Assembly: GCF_006345805.1 (NCBI RefSeq)
Contig: NC_043024.1
Coordinates: 16,182,001-16,246,000 of the forward strand
Direction: 5' to 3'
Length of the DNA stretch: 64,000 nucleotides
Source of the DNA: Octopus sinensis
Lineage: Eukaryota
Shown here: positions 12,985-25,569 of the stretch, piece by piece
How the letters are laid out: the number at the start of each line of letters is the position of its first letter
Numbering within the stretch: position 1 is the first letter of the stretch
The notes under the pieces: generated by a model
What the model saw: the letters and a program-made list of their open reading frames with translations, nothing else
What the model was told of the DNA's origin: nothing
Databases searched by the model: none
Position numbers and translations under genes: made by a program

Positions 12985-13480
12985 TCATCATCATCATCAT
13001 CATCATCGTTTATGTTGTGTGGTCACCCCCAGACGATGAATTGAGCCTAGCCCAATATGTAGATATAGAGGGAGAAGCCTAGACGTCGAGAGCACAGTTG
13101 AGTAGTGGTGAGAGTAGTAGACGAAGAGAATAGAGTCGCGAGTAGCAGTGAGAGGCAGAGTAGAGTTGAGTAGAGGTGTCCGAACATGCGACATAACAGT
13201 GGCGACAAGGATGAGATGTTCACACAGCCACTGTGTAGTAAAGGCATCCAAACGTGCGACATAACAGTTTACCATCTGCTTTCCATGCTGGCATGGATTG
13301 GACGATTTGACTGAGGACCGGCAAACCAGATGGCTGCACCAGGTTCCAATCTTGATCTGGCAGAGTTTCTACTGCTGGATGCCCTTCCTAATGCCAACCA
13401 CTCTGAGAGTGTAGTGGGTGCTTTTACGTGCCACCAGCACGAGGGCCAGTCAGGTGATACTGGCAATGGCCACACTCAAA
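12985..13480 (-). mobile_element. RTE-type 3' UTR repeat inserted in Tx1, itself interrupted by an LTR element
   Basis: (ATC)n + cgttta ... ctttccatgc...ggatgcccttcctaatgccaaccactc. Confidence 0.8.
13013..13266 (+). mobile_element. Mini LTR retroelement relic (186-bp LTR + PBS + duplicated LTR end)
   Basis: TGTTGTG...CATAACA termini, 5-bp TSD GTTTA (13008-13012 / 13267-13271), TGGCGAC PBS at 13200 directly after the first ...CGACATAACA. Confidence 0.75.
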
Positions 13481-14390
13481 TGGTGTAATGGTGGGAAAGT
13501 GCAACAACATTCATGGGGAGACCTTGGGCATTGAATATAATCAGCTAGTCACTCTCTTCCAGAGAACTTTTGACCCAGGACAATTGGTTAATAAATGGTC
13601 TGGCAGTGCTACTGGAGAGCTTTGCCTTTTCAAGATAAACTCTAGAGGCACAGAAGTGCCATCAGCTGAGCTTGTCTGAGATGCATGTAGGGCGACAAAA
13701 CCATCCTGCATGCACTCATCCAGTATCTGAGCATTGTTAACCTGTAGGTTTATGTCAAACACCTGCTGTTGCGTGTGGGACAAATCTGGCAATTAACTTA
13801 GTCTATTGTAAAGACCACCCCACTGCTTTCTTTTAACAGGGAAGGGCAAGCAGTTTTTGTATGCTTGGTGGTCATGGTTAAAGAGGTTGTATGGTGGATG
13901 AGATTGAAAGGGATGAAGACAAACACTTTTCTCTTTGATCAATCCCTCATCAACTTCAAGTTTCGCTTGAAGTGGAAAATAAGGGTGGAAAGTAAAGTGT
14001 TGCCTTCTAGCCATTTTGTTGAAAGGTGGATGAGAGAAGCTAGAATGGTGCAAGTGAATGGGCCTGCCCTTAGCACATGTCTGTGATTGGTGATGAGGAA
14101 CTGCAGAAAGGCACCAGAAGTCAGAGTACTCATGGTTATAAGGGGTTTTACCATGAGCAGCTGTTAAACATCTCCTCCTCATTGAAGATTACATGTGATT
14201 ATTAAGGAACCTTCTCCTCTTTATTGAGGATTACATGTCCTTAAATTTTTTTGCTTTTTTTAGGCTAACCCTGTTTACGTATAAAACCCTCAAAATAACA
14301 CACACACACATTCAATGTTTTGTCCTGTGCTCCCATAATGCTTTTCTTGATGTAAACCTTTTGTAGTCAATAAAGAAATCATTATTATTA

Positions 14391-14829
14391 TGAGAGAGTA
14401 GTGCATGCCATCAAAGTGATGCTGGGGTAAAATATACAAAGCCCAGTATATCCATCAGATTTCCTGTCTGATAAGTGTACACCAGGCACAGGCATCACAA
14501 CCACATGTGCATGACATGGTGATCTCATGACCTTGCAGGTGGGCCCAGTTAGAATTTTCTTCTGGTCGAGTAACCCATCCCCCTCAAAAAGGTCCCTGAA
14601 TAAAGGTTGTTTAAGGATATTGAAGGAAATACCCATGTTTCCAGAGGGGAATTATCCAAATCTCTAAGAATTTCTCTCAACACATGGCTATGAAACTCCC
14701 CAACTACTTCTGCTCATGATCAGAGATGCACATATCGTCAGCTACTAAGGGACATTCTCAACTGGTTAAGATCAAACAACTGACAAGCAAATCTGTGGTA
14801 TTGAGCAGAATATTTGCTGTAGCCCATCT
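14391..14829 (+). mobile_element. Non-coding interspersed repeat flanked by (TTA/TTG)n; second copy at 35458-36015
   Basis: Reverse-complement match to 35458-36015; microsatellite at both ends of both copies. Confidence 0.7.
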
Positions 14830-15542
14830 ATTGTTGTTGTTGTTGTTGTTGTTGTTGTTATTATTATTATTATTATTCTATGCAAATATCTCTTTTGCTA
14901 AATGAATATACAACACATGTTAGATACTTTGAAATAAGTTCAATTACAAGAAGAATTTCAATTGAAGAATTGTACTTAAATGAAAAGCAAACTTGTTTGG
15001 ACCTAAACACAAAGACATCTAGATGTTTCATTAGTAATATTATAGTTAATTATACTGTGTAAACTGTTTCAGATGTAATTAACTGCATCCTGTCTGAAGT
15101 ACACATATTTTATTTAGACAGCATTATAAATAGAGTCTCAACAACCAATTCATGTTACAAGATGGTTTGATGCTGAAGAACTTTCCAAGTGTGAAAAAGC
15201 AATTTAACACTTGTCAATCATAGCTGAATGGAAGACAAAAGGTTGGCCTCTATTTTATTGGAGATCTGGAAACATCACATCTCGTTTATGAGTCGCAGAG
15301 AGTCAAAAAAAAAAAAAAGACCCAAATGAAACAAAACCCAGAGATGAGAAAACAGAAAACAAGTCTCGCCCTTTACGCTCACCAGAGTTATTTCCCTTAG
15401 GTTTTTTTTTTTGATGTCATTACCTTGCTTCAACTGGTAACAGTCCATCCTATTTTTACTATGTGGAATAAATAGGGGTGGGGGAGGGGAGGTGGAAAGA
15501 CTGAAGGAGAAAAGAGAAGAGTTTTTGGAAAAACGTGTGGGG

Positions 15543-15589
<47 letters not shown>

Positions 15590-15600
15590 CTATGGTAAGT

Positions 15601-15985
15601 AGGCGCAGGAGTAATTGTGTGGCAAGTAGCTTGCTTACCAACCACATGGATCTGGGTTCATTCCCACTGTGTGGCACCTTGGGCAAGTGTCTTCTACAGT
15701 AGCCTTGGGCCAACAAAAGCCTTGTGAGTAGATTTGGTAGACAGAAACTGAAAGAAGCCTGTCATATATGTGTATATATATATATGTATGTGTGTGTATA
15801 TGTTTGTCGCTTGACAACCGATGGTGGAGTGTTTATGAACCTGTAACTTAGCGGTTCAGCAAAAGAGACTGATAGAATAAGTACTAGGCTTCCAAAGAAT
15901 AAGTCCTGGGGTCGATTTGCTCGACTAAAGGCGGTGCTCCAGCATGGCCGCATTCAAAAACAAGTAAAAGAGTAAAAAAAAGAGA
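15601..15985 (+). mobile_element. SINE family A, near full length
   Basis: tRNA-like head (ggcgcaggag..gtgtgg / gggttca.tccca), tggcaccttgggcaagtgtc CORE-like block, (TA)/(TG) middle, (GTAAAAGA)n tail. Confidence 0.9.
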
Positions 15986-16195
15986 GTATATATATATATA
16001 ATATATATATATACTAAGCAATAAGGGTTTAGCAACGAGTTGCTTACCACATACCGAATTTAGAAATAGCAGTCAAAGGGTATAGCTATTTCTTCTACTA
16101 AAAGGGAGATCTCAGTAAAAACAGCATTTGGAAGGCAGACACAAACAGGTAAGAGAGAATGATTGACTGCAATCTATCATACATTTTTTTAGTTA

Positions 16196-16299
16196 TCACG
16201 GACGTACGTTTCGAAATGAAGTTTTTAGGAAAGCATAAGAATTAAATATTAAATATTAAATAATTCTATCTTACCGAACCTTTTCCTCTTCAGCGTAGA
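16196..16299 (-). ncRNA. Type-I hammerhead ribozyme, intact core
   Basis: Minus: TCTACG-CTGAAGA-GGAA...TTTC-GAAA-CGTACG-TC-CGTGA. Confidence 0.8.
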
Positions 16300-16773
16300 A
16301 TACTATAATCATAAATGATTATATATTGAATTTGTAGATACCAGAATTTTGAGATACTGTTTTTTACTGAGATCTCCCTTTTTAGTAGAAGAAATAGCTA
16401 TAACCCTTTGACTGCTATTTCTAATTCGGTATGTGGTAAGGCAACTCGTGCTAAACCCTTATTGCTTAGTATTACTTAAATTTTCCTCGAATGAGGCTTT
16501 TACATGCCGAAGACTACTTGGTGTAATTGATAATTTTTCCAAATTAATTAATTTCACCCTTCATTATTACGGATAACCATATTTTATCTCAGTAGATGAC
16601 CACAGCATCTTTTTGGCTACACGCGGGTGGGGAAGGGGCTGTTGACACAATCGTTCATTCACAAATTGAATCGGTGATACCAGTTGCGGATTCTAGCTCG
16701 CTCTGATACTGAGTTGAGTTGGTGCCTTCTGGTATCTCAAAATTCCATATATAATCATTAGATTATAGTATAT

Positions 16774-16878
16774 TCTACGCTGAAGAGAAAAGAAGTTTCG
16801 GTAAGATAGAATTATTTAATATTTAAATTTAATTCTTATGCTTTCCTAAAAACTTGATTCGAAACGTACGTCCGTGGA
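16774..16878 (+). ncRNA. Type-I hammerhead ribozyme, intact core
   Basis: TCTACG-CTGAAGA-GAA...TTC-GAAA-CGTACG-TC-CGTGGA; 6-bp stem I; predicted cut after C16872. Confidence 0.85.
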
Positions 16879-16975
16879 TAACTAAAAAATGTATGATAGA
16901 TTGCAGTCAATTCATTCTCTCTTACCTGTTTGTGTCTGCCTTCCAAATGCTGTTTTTACTGAGATCTCCATTATT

Positions 16976-17032
<57 letters not shown>

Positions 17033-17099
17033 ATAAATATATATGGGGAGAGTTTACGAAAAAAACAAACGATGAAGACAGGTGCTGTACAAAACAAAC

Positions 17100-17880
17100 A
17101 GATGTATTAGTATAATGCTCAGGAATAGAAAAAGTCTTTTACGTTTCGAGCATACACTCTTCTATGGAAAGGTACACAGAAAAAAAAAATGAGAGAAACA
17201 AGGAAAGAAAAAAAAGTGTGTAGTGGCTAACGATCTATCATGATTATATATATATATATATTTTAGTGTTAATATTAACAAGTGTAAGTTGTGTATAAGG
17301 GAATCTCTTGCCATCCTTTAAGTCCTTTTGGCCTAAAACTTTAAATAAAAATTATAGACGTGATCCCTTTCTGCAACCATAAGTTTTCTTCTACTTTTCT
17401 GAAAGTATATAGAAGTAAGGCTAAATGTGGTAGATATTATTTGGTTTGCTTACTGGGTTTCGAAACTGGATAGAAAAATCCCTATGACTAGCAGTCTGGT
17501 TAGCCATAAAATAAAATAAATTTATATTTTTCTTTTGTTAGGAATTTTGGCTGGTCCCGCTAAAAGTTATATCTTATAAATAAGAATCGTGCCCATATTG
17601 TAACTCTTGTGGACTACTTGATTGTAAAATTCTCAGAGAGTTCTGTTCATCCTGATAAAGGAGTCACTGCCGAGATGTGCTTTAACTTGCAATCGGGCCC
17701 ACAGCAGTGAATTCCTGAAATGGCCATAGATGTGAATTTTGACCTACCCTGTTTTTGGAACCTTCTTATGCTCTCTGCTACCATGGATTGCTTCATTTTT
17801 AAAAATGAATTATTTTGGTATTTTTTTAATTAAGGGGTAAAAAATTTTTTTAGCCGATTGATATGTTTTAGTAATTCATT
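17100..17880 (-). mobile_element. Degraded PLE: GIY-YIG remnant plus 3' UTR with a decayed HHR (17136-17171)
   Basis: Minus translation gives HCCGPDCKLKHI...EENLWLQK...FRPKGL; downstream ...gaaga-gtgtatgctc-gaaa-cg-ta-aaag. Confidence 0.5.
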
Positions 17881-17911
17881 TTGATGACCTATTTTAATTG
17901 ATTCATATATA

Positions 17912-18461
17912 TTGGGTTGTCCGGAAAGTTTGTGCCGATTTATAGTAGCTTACCTTTCGACTTATTTTAGAACATGGTTGAGTTCATAAAATAGGATTTG
18001 ACTACACCTCCATTTAGAGCACAGTTTAAGCTATCTTTTCGTGGAAGAAGGTTTATGTTCCTATAAGCTGTGTTAATTCTGTAACCCTTTAAAATGGAAG
18101 ATAAGAAAGTTCATTTTCGGCACTTGATGCTTTGGGAACCAGACAAAACTTGCTGCAGCTTGGCTGGGATGTGTTACCCCACCCTCCATATTCATCAGAT
18201 ATTGCTCCTTTGGATTTCCACTTATTCAGGTCTCTGCAGAATAGTCTTAATGGTAAAAATTTCAATTCCTTGGATGACATAAAAAGATACCTTGATGAAT
18301 TCTTTACCATGAAACCATCTCAATTCTGGGAAGAGGGTATTTTCAAGTTAAAGGGAAGATATAGACGCATTGTGCAACAAAATGGTTCATATTTGGTTGA
18401 TTAAAAATATTGACCTTTTTCTTTCCTTTAAAAATCAGCACGGACTTTCCAGACAGCCCAA
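17912..18461 (+). mobile_element. Internally deleted mariner, copy 3
   Basis: TIRs, TA flanks, same junction; ORF 18132-18404. Confidence 0.95.
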
Positions 18462-18810
18462 TACTTTTCCTTGACAGGCCTTTCTATATATTTCGTATTT
18501 TTATATGCATATATATTTTTTCCTTCTGTGCTTATAAATGTATTCCTTTTATATGTTAAAGGCCATGGTATTATTTGTATAAGATGAAATGTATAGAAGT
18601 GTGGGGTTATATAAAGTCGTTGGCCTGAATTTGATGCTTGTTCTCTAACCAATGATTTTATATATATGTATAAAACTATTGAAAAGTTTGCAAGATGCAA
18701 TGAAAATTTTAGGACAAAAATAAGAAAAAAGTGAAAATTTTACCAGTGAGTGTGTTACATAATAAGGCATAAAAAGAAAATGACTCTCCCAAGACAGAAC
18801 AGATACAACC

Positions 18811-19043
18811 TTTCAGTCATTTGGCTGTGGCCATGCTGGAGCACTGCCTTTAGTCAAGCAAATCAACCCCCAGGACTTATTCTTTGTAAGCCTAGTACTT
18901 ATTCTATCATTCTCTCTGGCCGAAGCGTTAAGTTACGGGGACGTAAACACACCAGCATCGGTTGTCAAGCAAAGTTGGGGGGGACAAACACAGACACACA
19001 AACATACACACACACACATACATACATACACATATATAAATAC

Positions 19044-19096
<53 letters not shown>

Positions 19097-19246
19097 TACG
19101 ACGGGCTTCTTTCAGTTTTCGTCTACCAATCCACTCACAAGGCTTTGGTTGACCTGAGACTATAGTAGAAGACACTTGCCCAAAGTGCCATGCAGTGGGA
19201 TTGAACCTGGAACCATGTGGTTGGTAAGAAAGCTTCTTACTACACA
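18811..19246 (-). mobile_element. SINE family A, near full length
   Basis: Reverse complement of the family A consensus. Confidence 0.9.
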
Positions 19247-19249
19247 ATT

Positions 19250-20095
19250 AATTGTTTATGATATAGCCTCTGTAATGTATTATTGCATTACTTTTTAATT
19301 AATTAATTTTGCAAACTAATTTCTGGCGGTTCGCAGTGGCTCGAATTTACCAGTCTTTTCTCATGAACACTGTGCATGACATTTCTATTCAAAACTTAAA
19401 TGTGTAGATAGAGGTTGACACATTATTCTTGCCAGTCGGAATACATGTAGGCCCCAAGGTCTTGTATTGATTTCTTATTTCTTTATTGCCCACAAAGGGC
19501 TACACACAGAGGGGACAAACAAGAACAGACAAATGGATTAAGTCGATTATATCAACTCCAGGGCATAAATGGTACTTATTTAATTGGCCCCGAAAGGATG
19601 AAAGGCAAAGTTGACCTCGGTGGAATTTGAACTCAGAACGTAGCGGCGGACAAAATACCGCTAAGCATTTCGTCCAACGTGCTAACGTTTCTTCCAGCTC
19701 ACCACCTTGTATTTTTTTCCATCTATAAGAATATTCCCCTGATGAGACGAATGGGACCCTTAATAGGTTCCGAACGTCGAAATAGCAAAAGGGAATTAAC
19801 CATTTATTTTTAAGTTATGGATTCTATATGTCATGTCGCCCGCAGATAGTTTTTATCATGAGGAGAAATGAGATGAGTGATAATAGTGGCTTTATTGCAG
19901 TTTTGACTGCTATTTCTAAACATGTAAGGGTTTTTGAAACCTTCTTAGTTATAATTGTGATTTGTTCATAATTATAAACATTCTTCTTCAATGTATTTTA
20001 TGATAACATGTTTGGCCATTGATATATTCATAAATAATTATCAATTGTTTGTGAATATATCCTCCGTACTGTATCATTGCATTACTTTTTAATTA
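19250..20095 (+). mobile_element. PLE 3' relic with about 50-bp direct repeats, a SINE B insertion (19471-19707) and an HHR-like motif (19733-19796)
   Basis: NTCRPQGL ORF end at about 19460; 19250-19300 repeats 20043-20095; ATTCCC-CTGATGA-GACG..CGTC-GAAA-TAGCAAAA-GGGAAT. Confidence 0.6.
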
Positions 20096-20375
20096 TATAT
20101 ATTATTATTATTAAGATAATGATTCAGCCTCATGTGAATTAAAGTTTCATATAAAAGATAAAACACACCAACACACACACATGCACGGACACACACACTA
20201 ACACACACATGCACCCACACACGCACACACACACACGCATGTGCGCACACACACACACATGCATGCACACATATATGCACATACACACACATACGTATAC
20301 TTGTATACATACTCAGTACACAAACACACTTTCACATTCACGTCCATACACACACACATAGATATATATATATAT

Positions 20376-20553
20376 AGGCACAGGAGTGGCTGTGTGGTAA
20401 GTAGCTTGTTTACCAACCACATGTCTCCTGGTTCAGTCCCACTGTGTGGCACCTTGGGCAAGTGTCTTCTACTATAGCCTCGGGCCGACCAAAGCCTTGT
20501 GAGTGGATTTGGTAGACGAAAACTGAAAGAAGCCCGTCGTATATATGTATATG

Positions 20554-20584
<31 letters not shown>

Positions 20585-20804
20585 TTGTGTGTGTCTGTGT
20601 TTGTCCCCCCAATATCGCTTGACGACCGATGGTGGTGTGTTTACATCCCTGTAACTTAGCGGTTTGGCAAAAAGAGACCGATAGATTAAGTACTAGGCTT
20701 ACAAAGAATAAGTCCTGGGGTCGATTTGTTCGACTAAAGGCGGTGCTCCAGCATGGCCACAGTCACTTGACTGAAACAAGTAAAAGAGTAAAAGAGTAAA
20801 AGAG
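20376..20804 (+). mobile_element. SINE family A, full length
   Basis: Complete head to tail. Confidence 0.92.
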
Positions 20805-20828
20805 TATATATATATATATATATATATA

Positions 20829-21230
20829 CTCTTTTACTTGTTTCAGTCATCTGACTGAGGCCATGCTGGAGCACCACCTTTAGTTGAGCAACTTGACCCC
20901 AGGACTTATTCTTTGTAAGCTTAGTACTTATTCTATCGATCTCTTTTGCCGAATCGCTAAGTTACGGAGATGTAAACACACCAGCATCGGTTGTCAAGCG
21001 ATGTTGGGGGGGACAAACACACACACACAAACATATACACACACATATGTATATATACACATATATACAATGGGCTTCTTTCAGTTTCTGTCTACCAAAT
21101 CCACTCACAAGGCTTTGGTCAGCCCGAGGCTGTAGTAGAAGACACTTGTCCAAGGTGCCACGCAGTGGGACTGAACCTGGAACCAAGGGGTTCATAAGCA
21201 AGCTACTTACCACACAGCCACTCCTATATA
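20829..21230 (-). mobile_element. SINE family A, full length, tail-to-tail with the previous copy
   Basis: Complete reverse complement; separated from the previous copy by 24 nt of (TA)n. Confidence 0.92.
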
Positions 21231-21686
21231 TGCATCTTCCACTTGCCCCATAAATGCTCCTAAGAACATAACCAAAGATTTTAACCAAAACAGAAACTGG
21301 AAAAACACACTAACACAAGCACGCACACACACATGCACACACACATGCACACATATGTATCCTTGTATACCTACTCAATATACTAATACACTCTTCCATC
21401 CACCTCCATATCCATGCATCTTCTTGTCCACCAATGTATAGATTTTTGATTGCGATGACAGTCTATCGAATTGTATGAAACCTTATAACAGTAAAGAGTG
21501 GATCTAGTGACAGAATAAGTCCCCGACCAATACAAATTCATTGTTTATCATTAAAATTAGATTGATAATTCACTAACAGTTTTATGAAATGGAATTAAAC
21601 AAACACAAACAAGCACTTATGCACAAGCAAGGAAAATAGTAGCATTCTTGTGTTTGCAATTATTTGAAAAACTACACAAGAAATGT

Positions 21687-22071
21687 AGGCGTAGGGGTGG
21701 CTGTGTGGTAAGTGGTTTGCTTACCAACCACATGGTTCCGGGTTCAGTTCCACTGCGTGGCACCTTGGGCAAGTGTTTTCTACTATAGCCTCGGACCGAC
21801 CAAAACCCTGTGAGTGGATTTGGTAGACGGAAACTGAAAGAAGCCCATCATACATATGTATGTATGTGTGTGTATATGTTTGTGCGTCTGTGTTTCTCCC
21901 CTCAACATTGCTTGACAACTGATGCTGGTTTGTTTACGTCCCCGTAACTTAGCAGTTCCGTAAAAGAGACCAATAGAGTAAGTACTAGGCTTATAAAGAA
22001 TAAGTCCTGGAGTCGATTTGCTCCAGCATGGCCACAGTCAAATGACTGAAACAAGTAAAAGAGTAAAAGAG
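21687..22071 (+). mobile_element. SINE family A, full length
   Basis: Head ggcgtaggggtggctgtgtgg to GTAAAAGA tail. Confidence 0.92.
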
Positions 22072-22160
22072 ATTTGTCAAAGCTGGATTTTCTTTTGTTT
22101 GTGAACCGGGGAGTAGAATCTTGCAAAACACTCATTTTTAAGCACACACACACACACACA

Positions 22161-22210
<50 letters not shown>

Positions 22211-22384
22211 ACACACACATCATTGTGACATTCCTAGCAGTCTCTTCCCAATTCATGATTTCCCATTGCTCTTGGCTACTGCTTCTTGAGGTGTATAATA
22301 TTGTCTGAGAGTTGATTGATGAACGCTCAAGCAGATCTTCCTCTACTGTGTCTCCTGTGAGTTGGTTCTCACAATAATACCATA

Positions 22385-22788
22385 CTCTTTTACTTGTTTC
22401 AGTCATGTGACAGTGGCCATGCTGGAGCACCACCTTTAGTCAAGCAAATCAACCCTAGAACTTATTCTTTGTAAGCCTAGTACTTATTCTATCAGTCACT
22501 TTTGCCAAACTATTAAGTTACAGGGACGTAAACACACCAGTATCAGTTGTCAAGCGATGTTGAGGGGACAAACACAGACACACAAACATATACTCACAGA
22601 TACATATATATCTATACATATATACGATGGGTTTCTTTCAGTTTCCGTCTACCAAATCCACTCACAAGGCTTTGGTCAGCCCGAGGCTATAGTAGAAGAC
22701 ACTTGCCCAAGGTGCCACGCAGTGGGATTGAACCCGGAACCATGTGGTTGGTAAGCAAGCTACTTACCATACAGCCACTCCTACGCCT
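22385..22788 (-). mobile_element. SINE family A, full length
   Basis: Reverse complement of the consensus. Confidence 0.92.
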
Positions 22789-22844
22789 ATGTATAACTTC
22801 TTGCTTACTTCCCCACCAATGTCCTGCAAATCATAACCATCAAT

Positions 22845-23925
22845 GGTGGTTTCAGAAATTCTGAGCTGGAAACTACAGCCTAGAAGAGGTGCTTTTGTCC
22901 TGGAGGATCTGTAAAGCTCAATGAGGACGTCCTGCAAACCTTGCATGCCATTGGAAAAATCAGCGTAATGGGTCAATGGCTTCATCACAAATTTCCCAAG
23001 TCTAATCGCTCACAGAGAGTGAATGTGTGCTCTTCTTTGCTGTCATGTCTCATGAATAGACCTTTTTTGGTGAGAAATGTGTTCTCTATAAAAACGTCAA
23101 GTGCTGAAGACAGTGGGTAGGGAAAGGAGAAACATTGACACCTCAGGCTAAAGAAGGTCTTCACCCATATAATGTGTTGTTATATATTGGTGGGTTATGA
23201 AAGGTTTAGTTCACTTTCAACTTTTAAACTCATACCAAATGATAACAAAGGAGATCTATTGCAAGCAGTTTGACCGGTTTAACCTTTTCATTACTGCATT
23301 TATTTTGAAATGCTCTGTGTTTCTTTCAATTATTTTAAATGTAACAAAGAATTTAGTGAAATAACTTAGTTATCATTCAGCTAGTGTTAGGAACATAAAT
23401 TGTAACTAAGGTTTGGTGGAAGATTTTAATTCAATACTTATGAAAACAAGACATTTGTATTAGAGAGCCAGAGGTGGTTTCAACCGGTAATGAAAGTACT
23501 AGAAGAAAAACAACCACCTTTAGTTTCAAGACGAAAAGTGTTCTTTCATGAGGATAATGCTTGGCTACATACAATGACAATGACATTCCAAATGCTGGAG
23601 CAGTTTGAATAGAAAACAATACCCCACCATCTATATTCACCGGACCTTGCCCCATCTGATTAGCATTTATTCTGCAGTCTTCAAAAGCATTTGGATGGAT
23701 AAAATATGAATTCTGTAGACGAGGTAAGAACAGTATTGGAGAAGTATTTTTTGTCATGGACAAGTGAATTTTATAAGAGGGGACTTACAAGTCTACCAGA
23801 TAGATGGAAGAGCATTGTAGGAAATGAAGGAGAGAATATTTTTGATTAAAAAAGAACTTTGTTTATCTTAACTTTGAAAAATAATAGAAGTATAAAAAAA
23901 CCACATTATTTATGGGATGACCCAA
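22845..23925 (+). pseudogene. Second mariner family: decayed transposase with 3' TIR
   Basis: WFQKF, GQWLHH (WVPHEL-like), EKCVLY, HEDNA, PHHLYSPDLAPSD; several stops; ends GGGATGACCCAA-TA. Confidence 0.85.
23283..23496 (-). mobile_element. TTAA-type MITE inserted in the mariner
   Basis: TTAA at 23279-23282; reverse complement of the 61699/61952 MITE. Confidence 0.75.
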
Positions 23926-24493
23926 TACAAGAGGTATTCAGACTCTGCAGAGGGAGTATTTAACCACCATAGGTAACGGAATATAAACATAAACATAAAC
24001 ATAAATATAAATAGAAACATAAATATAAATATAAATATAGACATGTAAATAATATTTTCACATATAAACCCCAACAAGCCACCAAACCAACTGATTGTAG
24101 CCATGCAGGAGCACTACCTTTAGTTGAAGAAATCGACCCCAAGACTCATTCTTTGTAAGCTTAGTACTTATTCTATTGGTCTCTTTTGCCAAACCGCTAA
24201 GTTACAGGGACATAAACACACCAACATTGGTGTCAAGTGATGGTGGTAGGACAAACACAGACATTTCCGTCTACCGAATCCACTGGTGTGAGGCTATAGT
24301 GGAAGACACTTGCCCAAGGTGTCATGAAGTGGGACTGAACCTGGAACCATCTGGTTGAGACGGAAACTTCTTCTTACCAGAGAGCCACTCATGTGCCTAT
24401 ATATAGATAAATTTAAAATAAAGGTGAAAAATTGAATATTAATTTGATTAATATCAATTTAAAACCAGTTGTCTAGCATATATATAAAAGTGG

Positions 24494-24627
24494 TGACCAC
24501 TAAGTGGACATCCATATGCTAGAAGTCGACCCCCTTTGGTTTTACCACTAAGAAAGGAACATTCTTTTCTTAGTGGTAAGACCATAGGGGGTCGACTTCT
24601 AGCATATGGATGTCCACTTAGTGGTCA
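24494..24627. repeat. 134-bp near-perfect palindrome
   Basis: 65-bp arms with 1 mismatch and 2 G-T wobbles, 4-nt loop. Confidence 0.9.
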
Positions 24628-24760
24628 TCCCTCGTATATGTATATATAAATAGCGAGGATGATCTGATTCTTGACTGAAGATTAAAGGCTTCAAATGACC
24701 CGTCCGTGTTTTTTGTATCGTCTATTTGGATGTTTTGCGTTCTTGTCCCAATTGTATTTT

Positions 24761-24802
<42 letters not shown>

Positions 24803-24814
24803 ATATCTATACAC

Positions 24815-25415
24815 ATGATCGTTTGTCCGTTGCCAGCCTCACCTGGCCCCCATGCCATTGGCACGTAAAAGCACCATCCGCTCGTGTCCGTTGCCAGCCT
24901 CGCCTGGCCCCCGTGCTGGTAGCACGTAAAAGCGCCATCCGTTCGTGTCCGTTGCCAGCCTCGCCTGGCCCCCGTGCCGTTGGCACGTAAAAGCGCCATC
25001 CGTTCATGTCCGTTGCCAGCCTCGCCTGGTCCCCGTGCCGTTGGCACATAAAAGCACCATCCGCTCGTGTCCGTTGCCAGCCTCGCCTGGTCCCCGTGCC
25101 GGTAGCACGTAAAAGCACCATCCGTTCATGTCCGTTGCCAGCCTCGCCTGGCCCCCGTACCGATGGCACATAAAAACACCATCCGTTCATGGCCGTTTGC
25201 CAGCTCTGTCTGGCACCTGTGCAGGTGGCACGTAAAAAGCACCCACTACACTCACGGAGTGGTTGGCGTTAGGAAGGGCATCCAGCCGTAGAAACACTGC
25301 CAAATCTGACTGGGCCTGATGAAGCCTTCCGGCTTCACAGACCCCAGTTAAACCATCCAACCCATGCTAGCATGGAAAACGGACGCTAAATGATGATGAT
25401 GATGATGATGATGAT
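24815..25415 (+). mobile_element. RTE-type 3' UTR repeat with an expanded 61-bp minisatellite (about 6 units)
   Basis: 1-nt register shift per 60-nt line gives period 61; each unit has a GTGCC-NNN-GGCAC-type hairpin; (GAT)n tail. Confidence 0.85.
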
Positions 25416-25525
25416 GTATATATACACACATACTAAAAATCCATACAGAAACATATACATATACACATTAACTTTCACAAACAAATATGCAAATATACAC
25501 ACAAACACAAGATATACACATCAAT

Positions 25526-25569
<44 letters not shown>

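Larger units (their letters stand above)
12165..14380 (+). mobile_element. L1/Tx1-clade LINE 3' fragment, copy 2, with nested insertions
   Basis: GPVKLL...KWAKRKLSLKGRVDVANVYIAS (about 12290-12420), LRLRHLQ...QVWS, VKEVVWWMRLKGMKTNTFL (13865-14086), AATAAA tail. Confidence 0.8.
16012..16980. mobile_element. PLE pseudo-LTR relic with nested inverted repeats
   Basis: 16012-16125 inverted at 16357-16470; 16110-16357 inverted at 16732-16975; (TA)n on both sides; two HHRs. Confidence 0.75.

Noticed and set aside
15120-15400. Coding-looking unique sequence
   Set aside because: Short frames, no consistent splice pair, no recognised homology.
20376-20450. tRNA genes at SINE heads
   Set aside because: No complete cloverleaf; they continue into SINE bodies.
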